Source of the DNA: an uncultured Alphaproteobacteria bacterium
GTDB taxonomy: Bacteria; Pseudomonadota; Alphaproteobacteria; Rhizobiales; Aestuariivirgaceae
Assembly (NCBI GenBank): GCA_963775105.1
Contig: CAVZHM010000007.1
Span: 69,980 to 133,979, forward strand
Length of the DNA: 64,000 bases
Direction: 5' to 3'
Positions 35,899-47,048 of this stretch are shown here, piece by piece (within the stretch, counting starts at the first letter, position 1; the number at the start of each line of letters is the position of its first letter). The position numbers and the translations under genes are program-made. The notes under the pieces are model-generated. The model did no database searches. It was not told where the DNA came from and worked only from the letters and a program-made list of their open reading frames with translations.

Positions 35899-36148
35899 TT
35901 GTCGCCGATGCCTCGGTGCTGCAGGATTAGGTTAGCGCGCACCGGCGCTCGAACTGTTGAACGCCCTGCCGCTCTTGCGTGTAAGCCATCAACTTCATCG
36001 ACAGCCGGAAATTGGCAGCGTCGAGGAATGTGAGCGGCCTATGACGCAAGCGTATGCTTGCCTTGCCGAACTGTCGATGCCCACTTGTGGCCAGGACACG
36101 CAAGTATCGCGGCGTTCGGGCTTCGCGTTGAAATCGAAACCCTCGTGA
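35895..36148 (+). pseudogene. Degraded PIN-domain (VapC) toxin
   Basis: GTG start VIVADASVL (PIN motif 1), then an in-frame TAG at 35928. A later AYDAS/YACLAE remnant. Only ~250 bp, shorter than a normal ~130-aa PIN gene. Confidence 0.65.
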
Positions 36149-36216
36149 CCCCACATCGTGATCTTGATGCAAATTGCGGGCGCATTTGACCTTCACACTC
36201 GCGGTCAACGACAAGC

Positions 36217-36416
36217 GTGGACGGCAAAGAGAACCAGGGAGTTACGCCATTTCGCGGAAGCATTGTCTTTCGTTCATGGAACCCGCGCCGAAACAGAGGC
36301 CGCCCGGCATGCCCAATTGTGCGAGCGCTCGGGCGACACCGAGACTGCCTGAAACCTGGCGCAGCGTCCAGCGCGCGGTGCGCAATCTCGTGAGCGACGT
36401 AAAAAAGGCCGCCTGA
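36217..36416 (+). CDS. Small hypothetical protein ending in -KAA; paralog of 35453-35627 (start uncertain)
   Basis: RHFAEALSFVHGTRAETEAARHAQLCERSGDTETA, then after one indel ETWRSVQRAVRNLVSDVKKAA*. Confidence 0.68.
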
Positions 36417-36469
36417 TTTTCGCATTTCGTTCTGCCGTTGCTATATAGGCTCCAAGGAATCGGAGCCCC

Positions 36470-38827
36470 ATGGCCATCAGGCCCATCGAAATCGGCGACT
36501 TCGGCGACGAGAGCTCGCCGCCGCCGTAAAGCCGGGAAGCCTCGTCGCAGCGGGCGCTGGCAGGCGCTGAGCCGCCCTATCTGAAGGGCTTGAACCCGGA
36601 ACAGCGCGCGGCGGTGGAAACCACCGACGGCCCCCTGCTCGTGCTGGCCGGCGCCGGCACCGGCAAGACCCGGGTGCTGACCACCCGGCTTGCCCACATC
36701 CTCGCCACCGGCAAAGCCTGGCCGGGCCAGATACTCGCCGTCACCTTCACCAACAAGGCGGCGCGCGAGATGAAGGACCGGATCGGCGCGCTGATCGGCG
36801 GCGTGGTCGAGGGCATGGCCTGGCTCGGCACCTTCCATGCCATCGGCGTCAAAATCCTGCGCAACCATGCCGAACTGGCGGGCCTCAAATCGGGCTTCTC
36901 CATCCTCGATACCGACGACCAGATTCGCCTGATGAAGCAATTGCTCGATGCCCATGACATCGACGAGAAGCGCTGGCCCGCCCGGCAACTGGCGAATTCG
37001 ATCGACGGCTGGAAGAACCGCGGCCTGACCCCGGACAAATTGCCCGAGGGTGAGGCCAATGCTTTCGCCAATGGCTTGGGTGGCCAACTTTACGCCGAAT
37101 ACCAGCAGCGCCTGAAAGTGGTGAACGCCTGCGATTTCGGCGACCTGCTGCTTGAACCCTTGCGCATCTTCCAGGACCATCCGGACGTGCTGAAGGAGTA
37201 TCAGCGCCGGTTCAAATACATGCTGGTGGACGAGTACCAGGACACCAACGTGGCGCAATATCTGTGGCTGAGGCTTCTCGCCCAGGGCCACAGGAACATC
37301 TGCGTGCGTGGGCGACGACGACCAGTCGATCTATGGCTGGCGCGGTGCCGAGGTCGACAACATCCTGCGCTTCGAGAAGGACTTTCCCGGCGCCAAGGTC
37401 ATCCGGCTGGAAAGCAACTATCGCTCGACGCCGGATATTCTGGGTGCCGCCTCGGGCCTCATCGCCAAGAACGAAAGCCGCCTCGGCAAGACACTGCGCA
37501 CCGACCCGCGAGGAAACCGAACCGGTGACCGTGCGTTCGCACTGGGATGGTGACGAGGAAGCCCGGCGTGATCGGCGACGACATCGAAAATTTGCAGAGG
37601 AAGAAGGAACGCCTGAACGATATGGCGATTCTGGTGCGCGCTTCGTTCCAGATGCGGGCCTTCGAAGACCGCTTCATCACGCTGGGCATTCCTTATCGCG
37701 TGGTCGGCGGCCCGCGCTTCTATGAGCGCGCCGAGGTGCGCGATGCGCTGGCATATTTTAAGGTGACGGCCTCACCCGATAACGACCTCGCCTTCGAGCG
37801 CATTATCAATACGCCTAAACGCGGCATCGGCGATACGTCAGTGAAGAAAATGCACGGCTTTGCGCGAGGCCGCGGCATCTCGCTCTATCGCGCAGCCGAA
37901 GCGCTGATCGCCACAGACGAACTGCCCAACAAGACGCGCACCGCACTGCGCCTGCTGCTCGAAAGCTTCGCCCGCTGGCGGCAATCGTTGCAAGGCCTTC
38001 CGCACACCGAACTTGCCGAGATCATCCTCGATGAGTCGGGCTACACCGAGATGTGGCAGAACGACAAGAGCCCGGAAGCGCAAGGGAGGCTCGAAAACCT
38101 CAAGGAACTGGTGCGCTCCATGGGCGAGTTCGAGAACATGGCGGGTTTTCTTGAACACATCGCTTTGGTCATGGATGTCGAACAATCGCCCGACGACGAC
38201 AAGGTGAACATCATGACGCTGCATTCCGCCAAGGGGCTGGAATTCGGCACGGTGTTCCTGCCGGGATGGGAGGAAGGCCTGTTCCCGCACCAGCGTGCGC
38301 TCGACGAGAAAGGCCGCGCCGGATTGGAAGAGGAGCGCCGCCTCGCCTATGTGGGAATTACCCGTGCCAAGCGCCGCGCCGTCATCTCGTTCGCGCAGAA
38401 CCGCCGCATGCAAAACCAGATGTGGCAATCGGCACTGCCGTCGCGCTTCATCGACGAGTTACCGGAAGCCCATGTCGAAGTGGCGCCCATGGCCAATTCC
38501 TATGGCGGCCATGGGCTCGGCAGTTTCGGCACCAGCCGCTTTGACACGGCCGAGAACTTCAAGACCAACACCTACGCCACGCCCGGCTGGCAGCGCGCCC
38601 AGGAACGCTGGGCGAAGGGCGAGGGCACGCGATCCACGCCACATTTCATCGAAGGCGAAATGACGGCCCGCGAAACCGAAGGCGCAAACATCGAACGTGG
38701 CGCCCGCGTCTTCCACCAGAAATTCGGTTACGGCAAAGTCCGCGCCGTCGACGGCAACAAGCTGACGATCGACTTCGACAAGGCGGGCGAGAAACGCGTG
38801 CTCGATTCATTCGTCGAGCGGGCGTGA
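36470..38827 (+). CDS. uvrD: UvrD/PcrA ATP-dependent DNA helicase
   Basis: [44 protein letters not shown] and [13 protein letters not shown]; C-terminal Tudor-like domain. Confidence 0.95.
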
Positions 38828-38840
38828 ACGCCGCGCCCGT

Positions 38841-39314
38841 CTACTCCACCGCGCCCTTGATCGGATTGAAGCGCACCATGTGCAGTGCTGCGCCGCTGGG
38901 GAAATCACTGCTGGCGTCGACCTGGGTTGCCGAGCAGATCACCTTGCGGGACGTGGCGCGAATGATCATCGATCCTTGCTCGAGCTCGTGAATGACCACG
39001 GGCCTGATGTCGTCCTGATAGGCAATCGTGCGCTTGGTCGAGAATGTGACGGTCGCATTCGAGGCGATCTGGTAGTTCACGGTTTCCATCACCGTTCCAA
39101 GCTTGTTGCGGAGGATGACCTGCATGTTGATCTTGCTGCCGGAGATGTTCGTGCACGGAACAACCGTGGCGCCGAACTGGTCGTCCGATGAGCCGCTGTT
39201 GACCACGCCTGCCACCCGGTAAACGATTATGCCGATGGCCCGCGTTTCGGCAACAGCCGGAGAGATGGCGCAAGTGGCCAGTAGAAGTAACGCCAGTGAT
39301 GGCTTCAGTGTCAT
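38841..39314 (-). CDS. Secreted hypothetical protein
   Basis: Intact 157-aa ORF with a signal peptide, two Cys in the mature part (PCTN, VICSA) and a GGAGG-like RBS. Confidence 0.75.
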   Translation of the reverse strand: MTLKPSLALLLLATCAISPAVAETRAIGIIVYRVAGVVNSGSSDDQFGATVVPCTNISGSKINMQVILRNKLGTVMETVNYQIASNATVTFSTKRTIAYQDDIRPVVIHELEQGSMIIRATSRKVICSATQVDASSDFPSGAALHMVRFNPIKGAVE

Positions 39315-39367
39315 GTTGCTGGACCTCCGATAATCCGCTCAAGGATAAGATGGCGGGCAAGCGCGGG

Positions 39368-40762
39368 TCAATCCTGCGGAATCCGGCCGGAGACAGCAGA
39401 GCCCGCATCGCTCGCAAGCGGCCTGAACCACAGCACCGATGCTGCCGCGAACACTGCCACAGTCAGGAATGCGATGCTGAAATCGCCGGGCGTCAGCGTG
39501 ATATCGCCCTTGGTGTATTGCGCCGCTTCAAGCACGAACGCCGCCAGCACCACGCCCGCCGAAAGTGAAAGATGCTGGATCACCGTGTAGAGGCTTGTCG
39601 CATGGCTCATGTCGCGGCTTTCCATATCGGCATAGCTCATGGCATTCATGGCGGTGAATTGCAGCGAACGCAGGAAGCCGCCGGCAAACAACACCGGCAA
39701 CAATAACCAGTAGGGATCAAGCGGCGACAGAAAGCCGACAACCGCAATCGACAGGCTGGCGAGCGCGCCATTGATCATCAGCAGCCGCTTGAAACCGAAA
39801 CGGCGGATGAGCCAGGCGGCGCCGAACTTCATCGAGATGGCGCCCGCCGCCATGGCGCAGGTAAGCAGGCCGGATTCGAATGCCGACAGCCCAAAGCCCA
39901 GTTGGAACATCAGCGGCGTGAGAAACGGCACGGCGCCGACACCTACCCGAAACAGGCTGCCGCCCAACACCCCTGCCCTGAAGGTCGGAACGCGCAACAG
40001 CCTGAGATCGAGGATGGGTGATGGTGTGGCCCGCGCGTGGCGGACATATAGCGCCAGAATGCCGAGCCCTGCCAGCGCCAGCACATAGGGCGCAAAGCCC
40101 GGCAACAGATCGCGCCCCATGATGGTGAAGCCGAAGACCGTGGCCGAAAGCCCGAGGCCCGAAAGCAGAAAGCCCTTCACGTCAAGTGGCGGCACGTGAT
40201 CAACCTCGATGTGCGGCATCAGCGTGGTGGCAAACACCACAGCCGCAATGCCAAACGGCACATTCATCCAGAAAATCCACCGCCAGCCGAATTGATCAGT
40301 GATGAAGCCACCGATGGGCGGTCCAACCAGCGGCCCGAGCAAAGCGGGAATGGTGAGCCACGCCAGGGCATCGACGAGTTCGGATTTGGGGATCGAACGC
40401 AGCAGGATGATGCGCCCGACCGGCACCATCATCGCGCCGCCGACACCTTGCAGAGCCCGCGCCGCCACCAGCCCGCCCAGCGAAGTTGCAAGGCCGCAAG
40501 CTATCGACCCAACCGTGAAAACGATGATCGCCACCCGGAACACTTGCCGTGCCCCAAACCGGTCAGCCATCCAGCCGCTAATCGGAATGAACACCGTCAG
40601 GCTTAAAAGATACGTGGTGAAGGCGAGTTTCAGCACGATAGCATCGGTGCCAAGATCAGCCGCAATGGCTGGAAGCGATGTCGCAATCACCGTCGAATCC
40701 ATGTTTTCCATGAACAACGCGGAAGCGATGATGAGCGGGATAAGGCGGGAATTGGCGGTCAT
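39368..40762 (-). CDS. DHA2-type MFS efflux transporter
   Basis: FMENMDSTVIATSLP, GWMADRFG, RALQGVGGAMMVPVGR and GPLVGPPIGG; 14-TM pattern. Confidence 0.92.
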   Translation of the reverse strand: MTANSRLIPLIIASALFMENMDSTVIATSLPAIAADLGTDAIVLKLAFTTYLLSLTVFIPISGWMADRFGARQVFRVAIIVFTVGSIACGLATSLGGLVAARALQGVGGAMMVPVGRIILLRSIPKSELVDALAWLTIPALLGPLVGPPIGGFITDQFGWRWIFWMNVPFGIAAVVFATTLMPHIEVDHVPPLDVKGFLLSGLGLSATVFGFTIMGRDLLPGFAPYVLALAGLGILALYVRHARATPSPILDLRLLRVPTFRAGVLGGSLFRVGVGAVPFLTPLMFQLGFGLSAFESGLLTCAMAAGAISMKFGAAWLIRRFGFKRLLMINGALASLSIAVVGFLSPLDPYWLLLPVLFAGGFLRSLQFTAMNAMSYADMESRDMSHATSLYTVIQHLSLSAGVVLAAFVLEAAQYTKGDITLTPGDFSIAFLTVAVFAAASVLWFRPLASDAGSAVSGRIPQD

Positions 40763-40878
40763 TCGAAGATTTTCCTTACCACGGCTTGACCGCCTGACTT
40801 ATGCAAATAACGTGGATTTGATGAGTGAATGCGCGGGGATTAAGCTGCTGTTAGGCGCTTTCGTGGTTGCCTGCCACC

Positions 40879-42228
40879 ATGCCCAATCGCCATTTCCGCC
40901 TCGCCGAAATCCTTGGCGCCCTGAGCCACGCACTGGACCTCACTGAAGGCCAGCCGAAGGGCCATTGCGTGCGTTGCTGCTGGATTGGCGTCAAGATGGG
41001 CGAGGCCCTGAACCTCAAGCCCGAGGAGATATCCGATCTCTACTACACCCTGCTGCTGAAAGACCTCGGGTGTTCCAGCAATGCGGCGCGCATTTGCGAA
41101 CTTTATCTGGCAGACGATCTGAACTTCAAGAAAGACTTCAAGCGCATCGACGGCAGCTTGCCGCAGGCCCTGCGCTTCGTCCTCGGCCACACCGGTCTGG
41201 AGAAGGGTCTGGCCGAGCGTTTCCGCGCCATCGTCAACATTCTGAAGAATGGCGGCGAGATATCGCGCGAACTGATCGAGGCCCGATGCCATCGTGGTGC
41301 TGACATTGCCCGCCAGATGCGCTTTTCCGAAGCCGTGTGCGCCGGCATCGAAAATCTTGACGAACATTGGGATGGCCGCGGCAAACCCGCCGGCAAATCC
41401 GGCCGCAGCATTCCCGTCTTCGCACAGATCGCCTTGATCGCCCAGGTCGCCGATGTCTTTCATGTGGCTGGTGGGCCTGAACTGTCATTGAGGGAAATCC
41501 GCAACCGGGCCGGCACATGGTTCGAGCCGGGGCTCATCTGGATTTTCGAAGCGGTGGCCTCCGACGAGGATTTCTGGACAGCACTGCATGATCCGCAGCT
41601 GATGGAGCGAGTGATTGCGCTTGAACCGGCGCTGACGTTGCGCACTGCGGATGAAGACTACATCGATAGCATCGCCACCGGTTTTGCCAAGGTGATCGAC
41701 TCCAAGAGCCCATTCACCAGCGGCCACAGCGAACGCGTTTCGGTGTTCGCCGATCTCATTGCCGAGGAACTCGGATACAATAGCGATGAGCGCCGCATAT
41801 TGCGCCGCGCCGCCCTGCTCCATGACATCGGCAAGCTCGCAGTCTCCAACACCATTCTCGACAAGCCTGGAAAACTGACGGAAGAAGAATTTGCGGCGGT
41901 CAAGATGCACCCCGTGCATTCCGGCGAAATTCTGCGCGGCGTGTCGCTATTCGAAGCCATCGCCCCCATTGCCGAAGGCCACCACGAGCGCCTCGACGGC
42001 AAGGGCTATCCCAACGGATTAAAGGGCGACGCAATTGGCCGCGATACGCGCATTGTGACGGTAGCCGACATCTTTGATGCACTGACCGCCGACCGGCCCT
42101 ATCGCAAGGCCATGACGGTGACTCAGGCCATGGCGATACTGGACAAAGACACGGGCGCAGCGGTAGACGGCGATTGCGTTGCGGCCCTGAAACGTGCGTT
42201 GGCTCGGTCCGAACGCGACGCAGCTTGA
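40879..42228 (+). CDS. HD-GYP phosphodiesterase with an N-terminal degenerate HD domain
   Basis: GHCVR...LLKDLGC...EHWDGRGKP (degenerate) and GHSERV...LLHDIGK...HHERLDGKGYP (intact). Confidence 0.9.
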   Translation: MPNRHFRLAEILGALSHALDLTEGQPKGHCVRCCWIGVKMGEALNLKPEEISDLYYTLLLKDLGCSSNAARICELYLADDLNFKKDFKRIDGSLPQALRFVLGHTGLEKGLAERFRAIVNILKNGGEISRELIEARCHRGADIARQMRFSEAVCAGIENLDEHWDGRGKPAGKSGRSIPVFAQIALIAQVADVFHVAGGPELSLREIRNRAGTWFEPGLIWIFEAVASDEDFWTALHDPQLMERVIALEPALTLRTADEDYIDSIATGFAKVIDSKSPFTSGHSERVSVFADLIAEELGYNSDERRILRRAALLHDIGKLAVSNTILDKPGKLTEEEFAAVKMHPVHSGEILRGVSLFEAIAPIAEGHHERLDGKGYPNGLKGDAIGRDTRIVTVADIFDALTADRPYRKAMTVTQAMAILDKDTGAAVDGDCVAALKRALARSERDAA

Positions 42229-42338
42229 CGGCACTTTGACCTTAATGCCCGCTCCGGGCTATAAGAATTGACCCTGCACTATTGATTTGCGGTGCGCGCC
42301 TCCGGCCCCCATGTTCCGGATGCACTTGGAGTTCTGTT

Positions 42339-44214
42339 GTGATTGATCGCTTCTTCCGCTGGCTCGAAGGCTACGTGGACCCGTTTCCGCCCGAAACACC
42401 GCAACAGCCACCGGCCCGGTTGTTGCCCTTCGCATGGCACTATACAAAACCGTTCCTGCCGCTGCTGATTGCCTCAGTTCTGTTCTCGGCGGTCATCGCC
42501 TCGATTGAAATCTACCTGTTCGGCTACCTCGGCCGCCTTGTCGACTTGCTGGCGTCCGCCAACCGTGAAACACTGTGGGCGGACTATGGAACAGAATTTC
42601 TTGTAATTGGTCTGGTAGCGCTTCTGGCGTTGCCGGCGCTCAATTTCATATCGGAATCGATCTCACACCAGGGGCTGCGCGCTGGTTTCGCCATGCGAAT
42701 CCGCTGGACAGCACATCGCTATGTGCTGCGCCAGAGCATGGACTTTTTTACCAATGACTATGCCGGCCGGGTTGCCACCAAGGTGATGCAGACGGCACTC
42801 GGCATTCGCGATGCAGTGATGAAACTTACCGAGGTGATTGTCTATGTCTCGGTGTATTTTGTGGGCGCGCTCATTCTCGTCGCCACCGCCGATCTCTGGC
42901 TGATGATCCCGCTGCTCCTGTGGCTCGTGGGCTATGGCGCTGCCTGCTGGTACTTCGTGCCGCGCATGGGCAAGCTCTCGGAGGCCCAGGCCGACATGCG
43001 CTCGATGGTGACGGGCCGCGTGGTTGACAGCTACACCAACATTTCCACCGTAAAGCTTTTCGCCCATGCCGACCGCGAGGACGGATTTGCCAAAGAAGGC
43101 ATGGGCTGGATGCTCGAAGCAGTGAACAGATCCATGCGCATGTCGACGATGATGACAGCGTCACTGCAACTGCTCTCTGGTTTTCTGATCTTCACCATGG
43201 CCGGGACTTCGATCTATCTGTGGCAGCAGAATGCCATCACCACGGGTGCCATTGCCTTCGCGATCGGCTTGACACTGCGGTTGAAGGCCATGTCGCAATG
43301 GATCATCTGGGAGGTGGCGGGCCTGTTCGAGGACATCGGCGTCATTCACGACGGCATTGCAACGGTGGCCCGCGAGCGCTCGATTGCCGACAAGCCCGGC
43401 GCTCTGCCGCTTGCGGTCGTGCGCGGCGCGATCAACTTCCAAACAGTCCGCTTCAACTATGGCCGCAAGGATGAAACGCGCGGCCACGATGTTGTTGATG
43501 GTCTGTCGCTGAACATAAAAGCTGGTGAAAAAGTCGGCCTCGTTGGCCGCTCGGGTGCCGGCAAGTCCACTCTCGCCAATCTACTGTTGCGATTCTACGA
43601 TCTGCAATCCGGAAGCATTCTGATTGACGGCCAGAACATCGCCGGCGTAACGCAGGATTCGCTCCGCGCCGCCATCGGCGTAGTTACCCAGGATACGTCA
43701 CTTCTGCATCGCGCGGTCATTGACAACATCCGCTATGGCCGGCCCGATGCTACACAAGCCGATGTCGAACTTGCGGCCCGCAAGGCCCATGCCGATGAAT
43801 TCATTGCCGGCCTTGTCGATCCGCAAGGGCCGCACCGGCTATGCCGCCCACGTTGGCGAGCGCGGCGTGAAGCTTTCCGGCGGCCAGCGCCAGCGCGTAG
43901 CCATCGCCCGCGTATTGCTGAAGAACGCACCCATCCTGGTGCTCGACGAAGCCACCTCAGCGCTCGATTCCGAAGTGGAAGCGGCCATCCAGGAAAATCT
44001 CTACACCTTGATGGAAGGCAAGACAGTGATCGCCGTCGCCCATCGGCTTTCAACCATCGCCGCCATGGACCGCCTGGTGGTCATGGACCGGGGCCGCATC
44101 GTCGAGGAAGGCAGCCACCGCGGCTTGCTCAAGAAAGGCGGCCTCTACGCCAGTCTGTGGCAGCGTCAGTCCGGTGGTTTCCTTGCAGCGGAAGCGGCGG
44201 AGGCCGCAGAATAA
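42339..44214 (+). CDS. ABC exporter, fused permease/ATPase
   Basis: TM domain, [17 protein letters not shown] and [10 protein letters not shown]; frameshift near 43830. Confidence 0.92.
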
Positions 44215-44280
44215 CCCCTTCTTAACCTTATTGCCGCCACATGCGGGTTCGATTTCCCTCGGGGAAAAAGGGGATGAACC

Positions 44281-44941
44281 ATGAAAACTTCGCTTGTCGC
44301 GCTGTGCGCCGTTGCCCTGCTGACCGCCGCCTGCACCACCGATCCCTATACCGGCGAGAAGCAGCTTTCCAAGACCGCCATCGGCGCAACGGCTGGTGCA
44401 GCCATCGGCACGCTGCGGCGGATTGGTTGTCGGCAAGACCACCAGCGTCTCCAACCGCAAGGCGATGCTGATCGGCGCCGGTGTCGGCGCCCTCGCCGGC
44501 GGCGGCGTTGGCCTTTACATGGACACCCAGGAAAAGAAACTGCGCAAGCGCCTCGAAGCCTCCGGCGTTTCGGTGACCCGCGATGGCGACAGCATCATTC
44601 TCAACATGCCGTCCAATATCACCTTCGACACCGACCAGTCCGACATCAAACCGAGTTTCTATGAAGTGCTGAGTTCGGTCGCCCTGGTCTTCAAGGAATA
44701 CGACAAGACCATCATCGACGTGACCGGCCATACCGACTCCGACGGCAGCGACAGCTATAATTTCCAGCTCTCCGAGCGCCGCGCCGCGTCTGTTGCCAAC
44801 TATCTGGTGGCGCAGAAGCTGAAGCCCGAACGCTTCCAGGTGCTGGGCGCTGGCGAAAGCCGTCCGGTGGCATCGAACAATACCGACGACGGCAAGTCGC
44901 TGAACCGCCGCGTGGAAATCCGGATCCAGCCGCTGACCTGA
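44281..44941 (+). CDS. OmpA-family lipoprotein (YiaD-like)
   Basis: Lipobox LTAAC, glycine zipper, GHTDSDG, NFQLSERRA and NRRVEI. Confidence 0.92.
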
Positions 44942-44976
44942 TAGACTTCAAGAATGGGGGCCGCTAAATGGCCCCC

Positions 44977-45841
44977 ATGTCCGCCGCCCGCTTCACCCTC
45001 ACCATTCCAGACTTATCATTGCCCGATGCGCAGGCACTTGCCGAGCGTATCGAGGACTGATTTCGCTCACGACCCTTCGGCCGTCACCATCAACGAGACC
45101 GATGAGAGGCGGAGTACTTGGGAAGTCGTTGCCTTTTTTGCCAGCGCTGCCGAAACCGAAGCGGCGTGCGCAAGTTTCGGTGGCGCGATCGCTCCCCTAC
45201 CCGATACCGACTGGGTGCGGCAGTCGCTGACGGGCTTGGCGCCGGTAACGGCCGGGCGATTCTTCCTGCACGGTTCGCACGACCGGCCGAGGCGGCGCGC
45301 CGGCGGCGTTTCACTGGAGATCGATGCAGGAACCGCCTTCGGCACCGGCCACCACGGCACCACGGAAGGCTGCCTTGCGGCGCTGGACGGTATTCTGAAA
45401 CGCCAGCGGCCTACCCGCATTCTCGACGTTGGCTGCGGCACCGGCGTTCTCGCCATCGCCGCCAGCAAGGCGGCGTGCGTGCCATCGACCGCCACTGACA
45501 TCGACCCCGAAGCCGTGCGGGTGACCGGAACTGAATGCCCGCTTCAACGGCGTAGGCCACATGGTTTCGGCATATCGCAGCAGCCGGCTTGAAGGACAGG
45601 CGCTTTGCCGACGGCGCGCCCTATGATCTGATCTTCGCCAACATTCTTGCGCGGCCGCTGGTCGCACTGGCACGCGGCCTGACTCTGATCCTGGCGCCGC
45701 GGGGACATCTCGTTCTTCCGGCCTGACCCACGACCAGGCCCGCTGGATTTTGGCCACCTATCGCAATCACGGCCTGGTGCCACTGCAGCCGCGTCAACCG
45801 TGGCAATTGGGTTAGCCTGGTGCTCGTCCAAACCGGTATAG
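44977..45841 (+). CDS. prmA: Ribosomal protein L11 methyltransferase (frameshifted; ends approximate)
   Basis: DWVRQSL, AFGTGHHGTT, LDVGCGTGVL and YDLIFANILA. Confidence 0.88.
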
Positions 45842-45877
45842 GAAAGCATCCGCACCGCGCTGGGCCCGGACGCAAAC

Positions 45878-45901
45878 AGCCCCGGCTTTTGGCCGGGGCT
45901 G
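45878..45901. terminator. Intrinsic terminator hairpin between prmA and the DUF1127 gene
   Basis: CAGCCCCGGC-tttt(g)-GCCGGGGCTG. Confidence 0.6.
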
Positions 45902-45947
45902 CAAGTTGGCCCGATACGCTACGCAGGCCTTGCACTACGAGTTGGGC

Positions 45948-46143
45948 TTAGTTGCCCCAAACCATCTTGGTGATGTCGCGCGCGCTTCAGGCCGATGTCG
46001 GCCAGCATACGGTCGTCGAGCTGGCTGAGCTGGCGCTCGGCGCGGCTCTTGGCCAGGAACGACTGAACGCGGCCAAAAAGGCCCGTGCCCATGTTCACGC
46101 CTTCATTGCGAACCGCTTCGCGGCCATAGGTGATCGTGGTCAT
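45948..46143 (-). CDS. DUF1127 small protein
   Basis: AGGAG RBS; RAERQLSQLDDRMLADIGL-R-DI motif; one indel near the 3' end. Confidence 0.88.
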
Positions 46144-46519
46144 GGTTTATTCTCCTTTCATATATCAAACAGGTCATGCCCCTCTTGGGGCTAACCTCTG
46201 AGCGTCATATATTGTGCGCTGCACAAGTTCGAGGCTGATATAGTCTGAGACAATGCCGGATTTCCAGTGCCTCAAAGACGACCGAGACATGCGTACAACG
46301 CATGACTAAGTTCATCTTCCGTTAAGCCCGCGTGCAGCCTTTCGGCGCTTATAACATACTGAAATATGACATGATTATTCACATAAAGCGGCCATAGTTC
46401 AAGCACAAGCTCCATTCGCCGAAGATATGAACTGGGCGAATGATTTAATCCTTGAATGCGGCATTTAACATGCATTTTCGCATGGAATTTTCAAAGCAAT
46501 AATTGTGCAGTGCACAAGC

Positions 46520-46543
46520 AAAATGCCCGGCCAAGGCCGGGCA
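46520..46543 (-). terminator. cspA terminator
   Basis: GTGCCCGGCC-tt-GGCCGGGCA followed by TTTT on the minus strand. Confidence 0.75.
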
Positions 46544-46569
46544 CTGAGGTCGTCAGAAGTGGCCTAAAA

Positions 46570-46779
46570 TCAAGCCGCCTGGAGGTTGCCAGCCGAGCTC
46601 TTGCCCGTGCGCTTGTCGGTCACGACCTCGAAGGAGACCTTCTGGCCTTCCTTCAGCGTGCGCAAGCCGGCGCGCTCGACAGCGGAGATATGGACGAAAA
46701 TGTCCTTCTGGCCGTTGTCGGGCTGAATGAATCCATAGCCCTTCTGCTCGTTAAACCACTTCACAGTACCCGTATTCAT
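46570..46779 (-). CDS. cspA: Cold-shock protein
   Basis: [15 protein letters not shown] and [11 protein letters not shown] motifs. Confidence 0.96.
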   Translation of the reverse strand: MNTGTVKWFNEQKGYGFIQPDNGQKDIFVHISAVERAGLRTLKEGQKVSFEVVTDKRTGKSSAGNLQAA

Positions 46780-46957
46780 GGGAAGTCCTTCAGTTGGGTT
46801 GTATCAAGGCCGGTTAAGCTGCTCTTCGCACACACGCCGACCCACGGTCGATAATTGGAGGAGTTTCTGCGTGTGGCACCCAATCGGGGAGCCCGCGGCC
46901 AATCTTCCGGCCCAAGTGTCGATGGCGCTTTTATGACGCAGCCCGCCCGGCTTGGCA
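46780..46957 (-). promoter_or_regulatory. cspA promoter and long structured 5' UTR
   Basis: TTGCCA-N17-CATAAA about 150 nt upstream of the ATG. The UTR is flanked by GGCCGG...CCGGCC pairing with internal hairpins, as is typical of csp leaders. Confidence 0.55.
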
Positions 46958-47048
46958 AGAGGCTTCACTGACGGCGCGTCATCAAGCCGTTGCAGAAGCA
47001 CCAGAAATGGCGTTCCATAGCAGACGCATTCATTCATGGAGGCCCCTC

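Noticed and set aside
45850-45948. Cuckoo/CcsR-type sRNA repeats downstream of the DUF1127 gene
   Set aside because: No CCTCCTCCC loop motifs; only a single terminator hairpin.
46272-46475. 67-aa ORF in the DUF1127-cspA intergenic region
   Set aside because: AT-rich, atypical codon usage, no RBS and no recognisable motif; more likely regulatory DNA.
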